A stretch of 63,542 nt of DNA, filler included, from Octopus bimaculoides (GCF_001194135.2; 6 parts of 6 records of this genome joined end to end with filler, not necessarily neighbours in it); one strand, 5' to 3'. Positions 40,425 through 52,794 are shown, counted from the first letter of the whole stretch. Notes: generated by a model from the sequence alone, not told the origin. Program-made: numbers and translations.

Positions 40425-40699
40425 ACATATACAATTCATACCTATGTATTTATGCCTGCATATACATGTGGACATGTGTACGTGTGTATGATTATACTAT
40501 AATCTTTTTATGTAAGTGATCAATGCCGTTTCTCTTTTTTTCCTTTCTTTTTTTTTTTTAGCCAGTAGAAATTGCTTCTGTGCATTAACAGTTTGCATAA
40601 ACTGTTAATAACATTCGAATGTGAACAGGTCAAGCGAATAAAAACGATTTTCAAGCCAGACGTCAACTTGGTTTAGTTGAACCTGTGAATACTCTTTGT

Positions 40700-41690
40700 G
40701 TTATTGTTGTTGTAATTGTTGCTGCTGCTGCTGGTTATGTGGTGGTGGTATTTGTGGTGGTGGTGATGGTGGCGGCGGCGGCGGCGGTGGTGGTGGTGAC
40801 GGTGGTGGTTATGTGGTTGTGATGGTGGTGGTACTNNNNNNNNNNNNNNNNNNNNNNNNNNNNNNNNNNNNNNNNNNNNNNNNNNNNNNNNNNNNNNNNN
40901 NNNNNNNNNNNNNNCCTGGTCGTGGTTGTGTGGTAGGGATGGTCTGGTGGTGGTGGTGGTGGTGGTGTTGGTCGTCGTGACAGACACAGTAGTGAGATAA
41001 TAGCAATACTGATGGAGCGCGGAGGCGATCGTTGTTGTCACAGTAGAGACGGTCGCGTCGTGACGACGCTGGTGGCGGTGGTAGTGGTGTTGGGACTGGG
41101 GGTGTGGTGGGGGTTAGGGTTCCTAGTCGGACTGTTGTAGTGATGGTGGAGGTGATGATAGGGACGGTAATGGTGCCAATATTGGTAGTGGTAGTAAGAG
41201 TCTTGGAGGTGGGGGGGGGATTGGTGCTGGTGATTCTTGTAATGGAACTTAAGCTGGTAATGACACTGTTTACAGTGAATGATGATGATGGTGATGGTGC
41301 TGATGATGGTGATGGTGCTGATGATGGTGATGATTATGATGATGGTGATGACGACGATGATGGTGGTGGAGGTGGTGGCGGTGATGGTGGTGGTCGTGAT
41401 GACGATGATGATCCTGATTACGACGACGACGACGACGATGATTATGATGATGATGTTGGTGACGATGACGATGATAATGACGACGACTATGGATACGATA
41501 TTGAAGATGAGGTGGAGGATAGGGCGAAGGGAGGGGAGGAAGAGAAAGGGGGAAGGAAGATGGGGGAGAGAAGAAGAGATAGAGGAGAGGGCAGTGAAGT
41601 GGAGGATAGTCGACATCGTTATTGTGGCGGGGATTCTGTCTGAGATGGTGGCGGAGATTGTGATGGTGATGAAGGTGACGATTATCGTGG
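40700..41690. repeat. Low-complexity GGT/GAT/GAC trinucleotide mosaic
   Basis: Read directly from the sequence. It generates spurious Val/Met/Asp-rich ORFs. Confidence 0.9.
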
Positions 41691-41913
41691 TTGGACTGTA
41701 TGCCTATTTATGGTCATAAACGCAATAGAGCTGGTAAAAGTTATTATGTAGCCCAAGATCGTCCCTTGGATATACCGCCATTTTGTATATTACTTGCCCA
41801 AATTATTGTTCGGTGTCTAATGCATCCTTCCGTCTATACATTTTTTAAGACAATAATCAATCGTTTGAAGGAAAATTGATTGCTATTTCTTACAGCTTTA
41901 TCAACCGCGTTGA

Positions 41914-42141
41914 GTGAAGGCGCAATGGCCCAGCGGTTAGGGCAGCAGACTCGCGGTCATAAGATCGNNNNNNNNNNNNNNNNNNNNNNNNNNNNNNNNN
42001 NNNNNNNNNNNNNNNNNNNNNNNNNNNNNNNNNNNNNNNNNNNNNNNNNNNNNNNNNNNNNNNNNNNTTCATGAGCAGGCTATTCCGTTGATCGGATCAA
42101 CTGGAACCCTCGACGTCTTAAGCAACGGAGTGCCAACACAC
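41914..42141 (+). mobile_element. SINE family B copy (interior is an N gap) with degenerate TSD
   Basis: The head and tail match 16121-16502. The TSD is atcaaccgcgttga (41900-41913) / atcgaccacgttga (42142-42155). Confidence 0.85.
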
Positions 42142-42202
42142 ATCGACCACGTTGAAGTTTCCCACTTGTTATTATTTCACCCCGGTTTAAGGCACTGAAC
42201 TT

Positions 42203-42335
42203 GGCAGGGTAGATAGCTGTCAGAATTGTTATCACGCCGGACAAAATGCTTGGCGGTCTTCCGTCCATTTTTACGTTTCGATTTGATTTGAAATTCCGCT
42301 GAGGTTGACTTTGCCTTGCATTCTTTCGGGGTAAT
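42203..42335 (+). mobile_element. Degenerate SINE family A 5' part
   Basis: It contains acgccggacaaaatgcttggcgg...gaaattccgctgaggttgactttgccttgcattctttcgggg. Confidence 0.75.
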
Positions 42336-42445
42336 ATATATATCGAGAGACAGGGTATGGAGATTCAGCAGACGAGATCGAGAGAATCTCAAAATAGAAA
42401 GCACTTTGTAGCGCTCAAATGATTTGAACTTACACACCGCATATA

Positions 42446-43317
42446 CAGGGTGTGGTGAATATACTGTCGTCTAATTTACGCAAAAATGAAAATAACACTG
42501 ACATCTCATTTGAACAAATATATTTACCAAAATTACATAAAATATCTTGAAATACTAAAGAGTAAATTTATTCAATAAAATCGCCATTGGCTTCAACCAC
42601 AGCATCTAAACGACTTCGGATTCTCCTGCGACTCTTCTGGATGGTTTCCTTGTTTAAGTTGGTGAATGCTGACATAATCTATGCCTTCAGTTCATCTTTG
42701 GAGTTTTGTTGATCTCTCGCTCATCTGAGCCCACACATAATAATCAAGGGGGTTGCAGTCTGGGGAGTTAGGTGGCCAGATATTAGGTGTGATGTGGTCG
42801 CAGAAATTGTCTGATAGCCATGACTGAGTTCTCCTGCTTGTGTGGCTTGGTGCAGAGTCCTGTTGCCAGGCACAGGGTCTTCCAGCAGTCACACTCTTGA
42901 CCCAGGACAGCACTATCTCCTCCAGGCACTAGATGTAGGCCTCCGTGTTGAGTGTGAGGCCGCATGGGAAGATGAATGGAGGCATAACGTCGCCATCACT
43001 AGTGATCACTCCAAACACCATGATGTTGACTAGACGTTTGATCTTTATCATTTTCGGTACATGATTTGAGGACACGGCAAGCCGACGGTTGTTTTGTGTG
43101 ATCCCCACCTGTTCGTATTGGGGCTTCCAGCGCGAATGTCAAGCAGTACGGCATGTCGCTTCCAAATTTCATGCAGAGTGAATTGAATCATGGTGTGGTT
43201 TTTCTCACAGACGGTGCCCAACTGACGCTACTAAACTGTGTAGTCGACATAATAAAACAAATGTGCATGCTCGAAATTAGAAATATAAGATGGCGACAAT
43301 TTACCCATCGCACCCTG
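42446..43317 (-). mobile_element. Internally deleted maT/DD37D-like Tc1-mariner with TIRs and TA TSD
   Basis: The ends read TA|CAGGGTGTGGTG ... CATCGCACCCTG|TA. The peptide includes IMVFGVITSDGDVMPPFIF, WQQDSAPSHTS and WPPNSPDCNPLDYYVW. Confidence 0.92.
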
Positions 43318-43603
43318 TATATATATANNNNNNNNNNNNNNNNNNNNNNNNNNNNNNNNNNNNNNNNNNNNNNNNNNNNNNNNNNNNNNNNNNNNNNNNN
43401 NNNNNNNNNNNNNNNNNNNNNNNNNNNNNNNNNNNNNNNNNNNNNNNNNNNNNNNNNNNNNNNNNNNNNNNNNNNNNNNNNNNNNNNNNNNNNNNNNNNN
43501 NNNNNNNNNNNNNNNNNNNNNNNNNNNNNNNNNNNNNNNNNNNNNNNATATATATATGTGTGTGTGTGTGTGTGTATATATACACACACACATGTATACA
43601 CAC

Positions 43604-44084
43604 AACTGGCCTTAAGATCAAAGTTGTAGAAAAGACAGGTAGGACTATCAAATCTGTATTATGTAGATCATATCTGTTTGATAGAATCATCTGTCAAAAT
43701 AATTGTGCAGTATGTTCTACAAAGCCACACGTGAACTGCAAAACCAAGGACACTGTATACCAGATTAAGTGCCGAGAAGGAACTTGCGCGACTAACCCAG
43801 AGTCATTCATTGGTGAGACTTCTAGGAGAATCAATGATAGGTTCAAAGAACACCTGGACAACTATATTGAAAAGAAACCAAACTCCATCTTCTATCAGCG
43901 TGCTGTAGACTGCCACAAGGGCTCCTTAGGGAGACTTAAATTAAACATCTTATCCACACATCCCACTGATGAAATGCTGAGACAAGTCACTGGAACTGTC
44001 TGTATACAAGAATACAAACCCACTCTCAACCGTAAATCCGAATGGGGTAACATCCAGATTCCACACGGGAGTACTCCTCTATAG
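43604..44084 (+). mobile_element. Penelope-like retroelement 3' fragment with an open GIY-YIG endonuclease frame
   Basis: It encodes CQNNCAVC...CKTKDTVYQIKCREGTC...FIGETSRRINDRFKEH...IQEYKPTLNRKSEWG. This lineage is distinct from the element at 501-972. Confidence 0.88.
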
Positions 44085-44426
44085 CCACTGCTCTCTCATT
44101 TACATGTAGAAATCCATACATACATGTTGAGATGCATGATACTAGAATATATATGTAGTTATATATAACCGTATGAGCGTACATAGTTTGATATGTATGT
44201 ATGTATGTGTAGATGTTATGTATGTGTAGATGTTATATGTGTGTGTATGTGTTTTGTGTTGTGTATGTTAGTGTATGAGTATGTACATACATGCACGTAT
44301 GAGTATGTGTGTAGCTATATGTATCTATTGTATATGTGTGTAAAAGAATAATTAAAAATATTGAAAAATTATGAAAAATAAAAAGGAAGCAATTTTGACT
44401 TTTAACCAGTCCTTGAAAATAGTGTC

Positions 44427-44464
<38 letters not shown>

Positions 44465-45086
44465 NNNNNNNNNNNNNNNNNNNNNNNNNNNNNNNNNNNN
44501 NNNNNNNNNNNNNNNNNNNNNNNNNNNNNNNNNNNNNNNNNNNNNNNNNNNNNNNNNNNNNNNNNNNNNNNNNNNNNNNNNNNNNNNNNNNNNNNNNNNN
44601 NNNNNNNNNNNNNNNNNNNNNNNNNNNNNNNNNNNNNNNNNNNNNNNNNNNNNNNNNNNNNNNNNNNNNNNNNNNNNNNNNNNNNNNNNNNNNNNNNNNN
44701 NNNNNNNNNNNNNNNNNNNNNNNNNNNNNNNNNNNNNNNNNNNNNNNNNNNNNNNNNNNNNNNNNNNNNNNNNNNNNNNNNNNNNNNNNNNNNNNNNNNN
44801 NNNNNNNNNNNNNNNNNNNNNNNNNNNNNNNNNNNNNNNNNNNNNNNNNNNNNNNNNNNNNNNNNNNNNNNNNNNNNNNNNNNNNNNNNNNNNNNNNNNN
44901 NNNNNNNNNNNNNNNNNNNNNNNNNNNNNNNNNNNNNNNNNNNNNNNNNNNNNNNNNNNNNNNNNNNNNNNNNNNNNNNNNNNNNNNNNNNNNNNNNNNN
45001 NNNNNNNNNNNNNNNNNNNNNNNNNNNNNNNNNNNNNNNNNNNNNNNNNNNNNNNNNNNNNNNNNNNNNNNNNNNNNNNNNNNACA

Positions 45087-45120
<34 letters not shown>

Positions 45121-45505
45121 CATATGTACATACATACCTACCTACCTACATACATACATACATACATACACATGCATACATACACACATACATACATACA
45201 TACACACATACATACATATACATACATATACATACATACATACATACATACATGCATACATACATGTATATCATGAACTAACGGTTACTTTCTCAGATGC
45301 AGTATGGAATTTTGTCAATGAACAAGTCACAGTCTCAAAGTGATGAAAATATTTTGACGAATTAAATTTAAATGTTGAAGTGAATCTATCGGTCTTTGTG
45401 TGTTATTTTAAATGGCTTAAAAAAACATTTTCCACGCTGCAATTGTTTTCGTTCCAGCACACGATCTCAGATCAGGTCGCTTGCTATGCAAGTACATCTC
45501 CGTAA

Positions 45506-45536
45506 TATAAGATTTCCGTTGAACGGAAATCTTATA
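45506..45536. repeat. Perfect inverted repeat (15-bp arms, 1-nt spacer)
   Basis: TATAAGATTTCCGTT-G-AACGGAAATCTTATA. Confidence 0.95.
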
Positions 45537-45759
45537 AACTGACAAAGGTGACGGTGAGTTTAACCCTAGGCGCGGTGAGAGCCACTGATGAGTATTAAAA
45601 TGCGAAATCATTGATGATCCAGTTATGTCTGCAGCTGTAAGAAGCTTGCCCCTCTTATCAGTCGTTAAGGTAATGGCTATAGAGTTATTTTGACTATTTT
45701 TTCCACAATACTTCACTTTCTCACTTCAATGACGTGTGTTTGTGCATATATATAGAGAG

Positions 45760-45925
45760 AGGCGTAGGAATGGCGGTGTGGTAAGTAGCTTGCTTACCAA
45801 CCACATGGTTCTGGCTTCAGTCCCACTGCGTAGCACCTTGGGCAAGTGTCTTCTGCTATAGCCTCACACCGACCAAAGCCTTGTGAGTGGATATGGAAGA
45901 CGGAAACTGAAAGAAGCCCGTCATA
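45760..45925 (+). mobile_element. SINE family C copy
   Basis: It contains aggcgtaggaatggcggtgtggtaag...caccttgggcaagtgtc...ggaaactgaaagaagcccgtc. Confidence 0.88.
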
Positions 45926-46429
45926 TATATTTGTATATATATNNNNNNNNNNNNNNNNNNNNNNNNNNNNNNNNNNNNNNNNNNNNNNNNNNNNNNNNNN
46001 NNNNNNNNNNNNNNNNNNNNNNNNNNNNNNNNNNNNNNNNNNNNNNNNNNNNNNNNNNNNNNNNNNNNNNNNNNNNNNNNNNNNNNNNNNNNNNNNNNNN
46101 NNNNNNNNNNNNNNNNNNNNNNNNNNNNNNNNNNNNNNNNNNNNNNNNNNNNNNNNNNNNNNNNNNNNNNNNNNNNNNNNNNNNNNNNNNNNNNNNNNNN
46201 NNNNNNNNNNNNNNNNNNNNNNNNNNNNNNNNNNNNNNNNNNNNNNNNNNNNNNNNNNNNNNNNNNNNNNNNNNNNNNNNNNNNNNNNNNNNNNNNNNNN
46301 NNNNNNNNNNNNNNNNNNNNNNNNNNNNNNNNNNNNNNNNTATATATATATACATATGTATATGCATATAATATATATTTATATATGTATATATGCATAC
46401 ATGTTTGTGTGAACATCAAGTTTTCACAG

Positions 46430-46616
46430 GCTCATTGAACTTCTGATGGAACGAGTTACAAAGTGTAACAAAGGATCTCTTTCGCAAAGTACCAGGTTTC
46501 CTGTTTACTCGACAGCTCGTATATCTTACTGTAATATTAACACGTCTACACGCGTACAAGCTGAAAAACGAAACGAATCAAGAACAACGACTTACGCTAG
46601 TTTAAGACGGTTTGAA
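46430..46616 (+). CDS. Candidate internal coding exon of an unknown gene (187 bp)
   Basis: The acceptor is ttttcacag|G and the donor is GAA|GTGAGT. One frame is open throughout: LIELLMERVTKCNKGSLSQSTRFPVYSTARISYCNINTSTRVQAEKRNESRTTTYASLRRFE. No homology was recognised. Confidence 0.25.
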
Positions 46617-46696
46617 GTGAGTAGACAGAAAAGCCGTAATCACTTTTGTGCAAGTGTTAAGTCACAGATGACTATTCTAGCCTAAAAGGAATTTTT

Positions 46697-47355
46697 GGAT
46701 CTTGTTCAAAACGGGGGCACCAGTATTTTCTTAACGAAACACTTTGAAACTTGGGACACTGGTAGAATGTGTCATATAAAACATCTTTTTCTCTTAGTCT
46801 TCTTAACAAAAAAACGTACATCGCAAGTTATTTCATGTTAAAGTTGTCGTATTTCTGTAATTTCAACCAATGACTGACGTCCATTCAGCCGTAAAAATTA
46901 AGTGCTGACTACGTAAACAAACGATTCGCGGCGGTGATAAAATTATTATTTCCTTGTCAAAAAATGGCTGAAGCATATTGGCAGTAGCTAATATACCTTT
47001 CTATTATAGGCACAAGGCATGGTTTTTGAGGGAAGGAGCAAGTCAATTAGGGTTAGGGTTAGGGTTAGGGAAAACGAACACACGTGTGTTGCCTCTGCAA
47101 AATGTCAGAAGTAATTGAGATTAAATACGCTTTACACCGCTTAGGAGTAAGTGTAAATAGCTGAATACTTGTCAGTGATTGGTTGAAATTATCGAAATAA
47201 GACAATTTTTTACATGAAATTAATCCGAATAGAAAATTTTTTTTCTGTTTTATAACACAAAATATATAAGTATACGAAGTTTGAAAGTCTTTCGGTACCA
47301 AAAACACTACATAAAACATAAATGAAAACTGGTGCCCCCGTTTTGAACAAGATCC
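46697..47355. mobile_element. Non-autonomous DNA transposon (long-TIR MITE) with 8-bp TSD
   Basis: Perfect 28-bp TIRs GGATCTTGTTCAAAACGGGGGCACCAGT lie at 46697-46724 and 47328-47355, and imperfect IRs extend about 180 bp inward. The TSD GAATTTTT lies at 46689-46696 and 47356-47363. Confidence 0.9.
47047..47070 (+). repeat. Interstitial telomeric repeat (TTAGGG)4
   Basis: Four perfect TTAGGG units. Confidence 0.95.
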
Positions 47356-49127
47356 GAATTTTTCATATGTCGAATTTTTATTCAGCTAGGAGGCTAATTG
47401 CAATAACAGTGTTTTTTCAGTCGTTGGTTTAGTAAATCAGGAGCGGCGGGTTTTCACCAGACAGTCTGTACATGCTACTGATAAAGCCCAACGAGGCGGA
47501 AGTATTTTCAATGCGTATATAATTTTGTGTTTTTAAACACGGTGCGTTTGTAAGGGATATAATCCGCGATCAGATACTGCAGATTATTTGTCCTTTTGCA
47601 ATGTACCCGCAATAATTATATATGTAAGGTTATTGTAATCTAATACTGCTTCTGCTGCTTATAACAAACACGCGCGCGCGCGCGCGCGTGTGTGTGTGTA
47701 AAAAGGCCTGCGCGCGGTTACCGTCTTCTGCCTCTCTTGCATCTCACATACAAGGTTTTAGTCAACCTGAGACTACAATAGGGTGCACTTGACCAAAATT
47801 TGGTGCAATGAGATCGAAACCGTATCCACGTATTTTCAAAGGAAACTTCTTAATTTCGCCTCTAATTCTGTGTCGTCTTTATTCTAGTTGTTATTGATTG
47901 TTCCTCTGTTAATGTTTTCCTCCAGGTTGTCCTTGATGTAATACACTTATGATCAAATATCTGAGCAGCATGTTTGAATTTTTCAGCATGTTTTTCCATT
48001 TTTAAAGACGGATGTGATTTGAGAAAGATTTGGCTGCTATTTCTACCAGAACGAGTAACTGTGTAAAGGCTCTGTCGTTGGCTCGGTGTGCTACTTACTG
48101 TGAGGGCAAAGTGAATGGCGATGGTTATAAGTCTTGTCGATGAAGATAGTTAGTTGGATAAAAGAATTATAAAAGAAACTATTGTAACTAAGATGGTGCC
48201 AGAAATTACGGAGATTAACGGAAACTAGCGAAAGTCTGAAAGATGGTGTCGGAAACTACTATGGCTGACGTTTACAGCAGCTGTCGGAAAAAGTTGTTAA
48301 CGGGGTGGGAATAAAGGAAAATAAGATGATAAGAAGAAAGAAAAGAATGAAAGAACCAAAACAAAAGGAAAAGGAAAAGGTGGAGTTGCAGGGAAGGGTG
48401 TAAAAGGGGGAGGAGGACGATGAGGAGGGGAGTAGGATCAGGAGGGAATGAATCGGAAGAGAAGGAGGTTGGAGAGGAAGTGGAGAAGAATAGAAGGGGA
48501 GAACATATCATATCTCACAGAACTATAGGCGGTTATTAACCATCGTTTTCACTGTCAAAAGTAGAGGGTTATGAAGGTGAAGGTGCGATTGACATAGATG
48601 TGCGGAGAATAGAANNNNNNNNNNNNNNNNNNNNNNNNNNNNNNNNNNNNNNNNNNNNNNNNNNNNNNNNNNNNNNNNNNNNNNNNNNNNNNNNNNNNNN
48701 NNNNNNNNNNNNNNNNNNNNNNNNNNNNNNNNNNNNNNNNNNNNNNNNNNNNNNNNNNNNNNNNNNNNNNNNNNNNNNNNNNNNNNNNNNNNNNNNNNNN
48801 NNNNNNNNNNNNNNNNNNNNNNNNNNNNNNNNNNNNNNNNNNNNNNNNNNNNNNNNNNNNNNNNNNNNNNNNNNNNNNNNNNNNNNNNNNNNNNNNNNNN
48901 NNNNNNNNNNNNNNNNNNNNNNNNNNNNNNNNNNNNNNNNNNNNNNNNNNNNNNNNNNNNNNNNNNNNNNNNNNNNNNNNNNNNNNNNNNNNNNNNNNNN
49001 NNNNNNNNNNNNNNNNNNNNNNNNNNNNNNNNNNNNNNNNNNNNNNNNNNNNNNNNNNNNNNNNNNNNNNNNNNNNNNNNNNNNNNNNNNNNNNNNNNNN
49101 NNNNNNNNNNNNNNNNNNNNNNNNNNN

Positions 49128-49223
49128 ATGATGATGACGACGACGACGACGACGACGATGATGATGATGATGATGATGATGACGATGATGATGATGACGA
49201 CGACGACGACCATGATGATGATG

Positions 49224-49254
<31 letters not shown>

Positions 49255-49273
49255 CGACGACGACGACGACGAC

Positions 49274-49317
<44 letters not shown>

Positions 49318-49417
49318 CGACGACGATGATGATGATGATGATGAAGATGATGATGATGATGATGTTGATGATGATGACGACGATGATGATGCTGACGACG
49401 ACGACGACGACGATGAC

Positions 49418-49455
<38 letters not shown>
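49128..49455. repeat. (GAT/GAC)n compound microsatellite
   Basis: Read directly from the sequence. Confidence 0.95.
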
Positions 49456-49456
<1 letters not shown>

Positions 49457-49990
49457 ATCTTTCCGAAATTTAGATCAAGGTCAACAGCAGGTAATTTTAA
49501 TGGAAATCTGTTGTGCTCCGAGAAAGAGAGAGAGAGAGAGATTTCTGCAATTGCTTAGTAAACGGCCTGCACAAATGACTTTTGCTGTACATTAAGCTCA
49601 TTCCGTCCATAATAAAATCGACGTTACCTGCACCACAAGTACACAGGTGTAGAAGTGTTCGAGCAACGTAAAAATGAAGTGCTCTGCACATGAACGCAAC
49701 GCACCCACCACTTGCTTCGGGAACCGAAACCAAGATCGCAAGGACCTGGATGCAACATCCTAACCAGCAGGCCACACAGCACACGCATCCTCGGTAATTA
49801 CATCGGTTGTAGAGCATGAACAATCTTGGTGCAATCGGCATATCGTATTTTTTTTTTCCAATCATTTTACTCAATGTTGGTGAGAAGGAAGAAATGTGAC
49901 GATGTCATGGTTGTTATTTTTATAACAACGTGTGTGATTATTGTGAGAATTCTGAATATGAACACTGATTACACAAATCACTAGTCAAAT

Positions 49991-50150
49991 AGAGTTTTAT
50001 ATTTAAGGGATGAGGAATTACGTACATTATTTACATTATTTACATTTGACGGATATTTGTCCTCATCTTGTTTGTTGTTAGCCTCCAGCCTTCACCAGAT
50101 GTGTTGGATAAATTTCGAACCTGGGTTCTCATTCCTAAGGTATTTTTCAA
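49991..50150 (-). mobile_element. Hammerhead-SINE family copy (ribozyme 3' half deleted, element 3' end complete); left arm of an inverted dimer
   Basis: The reverse complement matches 57135-57296 except for a deletion spanning helix II 3', GAAA and helix III. Confidence 0.85.
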
Positions 50151-50166
50151 TATTATTATTATTATT

Positions 50167-51292
50167 GAGTGAGAGAGCAGTGCATGCCATCAAAGTGACA
50201 CTGGGGTAAAATATACGAAGCCCATTATACCCATAATGACTACCCGTCTAATAAGGGTACACCAGGCACATGCATCACAACTATATGTGCACGACATGGT
50301 GATCTCATATCAAGATAAACAGCGCATGTCCTCGCAGGTGGGGCTCNNNNNNNNNNNNNNNNNNNNNNNNNNNNNNNNNNNNNNNNNNNNNNNNNNNNNN
50401 NNNNNNNNNNNNNNNNNNNNNNNNNNNNNNNNNNNNNNNNNNNNNNNNNNNNNNNNNNNNNNNNNNNNNNNNNNNNNNNNNNNNNNNNNNNNNNNNNNNN
50501 NNNNNNNNNNNNNNNNNNNNNNNNNNNNNNNNNNNNNNNNNNNNNNNNNNNNNNNNNNNNNNNNNNNNNNNNNNNNNNNNNNNNNNNNNNNNNNNNNNNN
50601 NNNNNNNNNNNNNNNNNNNNNNNNNNNNNNNNNNNNNNNNNNNNNNNNNNNNNNNNNNNNNNNNNNNNNNNNNNNNNNNNNNNNNNNNNNNNNNNNNNNN
50701 NNNNNNNNNNNNNNNNNNNNNNNNNNNNNNNNNNNNNNNNNNNNNNNNNNNNNNNNNNNNNNNNNNNNNNNNNNNNNNNNNNNNNNNNNNNNNNNNNNNN
50801 NNNNNNNNNNNNNNNNNNNNNNNNNNNNNNNNNNNNNNNNNNNNNNNNNNNNNNNNNNNNNNNNNNNNNNNNNNNNNNNNNNNNNNNNNNNNNNNNNNNN
50901 NNNNNNNNNNNNNNNNNNNNNNNNNNNNNNNNNNNNNNNNNNNNNNNNNNNNNNNNNNNNNNNNNNNNNNNNNNNNNNNNNNNNNNNNNNNNNNNNNNNN
51001 NNNNNNNNNNNNNNNNNNNNNNNNNNNNNNNNNNNNNNNNNNNNNNNNNNNNNNNNNNNNNNNNNNNNNNNNNNNNNNNNNNNNNNNNNNNNNNNNNNNN
51101 NNNNNNNNNNNNNNNNNNNNNNNNNNNNNNNNNNNNNNNNNNNNNNNNNNNNNNNNNNNNNNNNNNNNNNNNTTGGTAGGTCTTGACAGATACGTTTATA
51201 TCAATTGGGACAGTCATATCAATGAGGAGGCATGATTTTTGTCTGAAGTCTTTCAGTATGATGTCTGGCCTATTTGCGTCTATCTTTCTGTC
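50167..51292 (-). mobile_element. 5'-truncated REL-type LINE inserted in (TTA)n (middle is an N gap)
   Basis: 51173-51292 encodes DRKIDANRPDIILKDFRQKSCLLIDMTVP (REL PD..D motif). 50167-50346 is the inferred 3'UTR. (TTA)n flanks both sides. Confidence 0.8.
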
Positions 51293-51340
<48 letters not shown>

Positions 51341-51351
51341 CATTATCCTTA

Positions 51352-51598
<247 letters not shown>

Positions 51599-51759
51599 CA
51601 CTAGCCAAATGTTTACAGTGTATTGTGTGCATACGACTCCATCGTATATGTGTGTATATGCATGTGCATGTGTGTGTGATGTGATGTGTGTTTGTACGTT
51701 TATGTGAGTGTTTAAGTGTATGTGAGCGTGTGAGTGTGTATTTGCTTTAAAATTGACAG

Positions 51760-51925
51760 ACTACGATTTGTGCGCGATTTCTAGTGACTCGACCTCCTGG
51801 TTTCGTCTGCCTTAATCATCCTTTCGGGATCGATAAACTAAGTACCAGTGAAACAGTGGAGTCGATGTAATCGACTAGTCCCGTCACCACAAATTTCAGG
51901 CCTTGGGCTCCAGTAGAAAGGATTA
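51760..51925 (+). mobile_element. SINE family A partial copy
   Basis: It contains atcctttcgggatcgataaactaagtaccag...gtcgatgtaatcgactag...aaatttcaggcc. Confidence 0.8.
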
Positions 51926-52019
51926 TTAAGCGTATAATTTTCGGTTTGTTAAGCTTTCATGAAGTGATGAAAAATCTGGTGGTTTTCATGATAATATCAT
52001 TATAAGTTTTCAGAATAAT

Positions 52020-52240
52020 AACATTTTCTTCTACAGACAAATGACCTGAAATTTGTGGGACGGGAAGTAGTCGATTACATTGAACCTCCCCTAGTACACA
52101 ACTGGTACTTATTTCATCGATCCCGAAAGGATGAAAAGCAAGGTCAACCTTTGCAGAATTTGAACTCAGAACGTAAAGGCAAGCGAAATGCCGCCAAGTA
52201 TTTTGTCCTCTGTGCTAACGATTCCACCAGTTCGCTGCCT
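52020..52240 (-). mobile_element. SINE family A copy
   Basis: Reverse complement of the core and head. Confidence 0.85.
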
Positions 52241-52406
52241 TGAATTGTGTTAGTAAAAAAAGTTGTGGTGTAGCTGCCAAGTTTGTTGGCTGAGCTGTGT
52301 GTGATGATAAAAACTGATTTTATTGTTGTTGTTATTTTTTTTGTTAATACTCTACAAACTGACTGGACAAACCAATTGTCGAATTAGACAAGCTATTCCA
52401 TCCATG

Positions 52407-52794
52407 GTTGTGGAGGCGCAATGACCCAGTGGTTAGGGCAGCGGACTCGCCGTCATAGGATCGCGGTTTCGATTCCCAAACCGGGCGTTGTGAGTGTTTA
52501 TTGAGCGAATACATCTGAAGCTCCACGAGGCTCCAGCAGGGTATGGTGGTGAACCCTGCTGTACCCTTTCACCACAACTTTCTCTCACTCTTACTTCCTG
52601 TTTCTGTTGTACCTGTAATTCAAAGGGTCAGCCTTGTCACACTGTGTCACGCTGAAGATCCCCGAGAACTACGTTAAGGGTGCACGTGTCTGTGGAGTGC
52701 TCAGCCACTTGCACGTTAATTTCACGAGCAGGCTGTTCCGTTGATTGGATGGACTGGAACCCTCGACATCGTAAGCGACGGAGTGCCAACAACA
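52407..52794 (+). mobile_element. Full-length SINE family B with TSD
   Basis: Highly similar to 16121-16502. The TSD is attccatccatg (52395-52406) / attccattcatg (52795-52806). Confidence 0.92.

Noticed and set aside
41104-41719. Asp/Gly-rich and Val/Met-rich ORFs
   Set aside because: The low-complexity trinucleotide mosaic is open in several frames by composition.
45585-45620. Functional hammerhead
   Set aside because: Helix I cannot form and the cleavage position is G. It is kept only as a low-interest finding.
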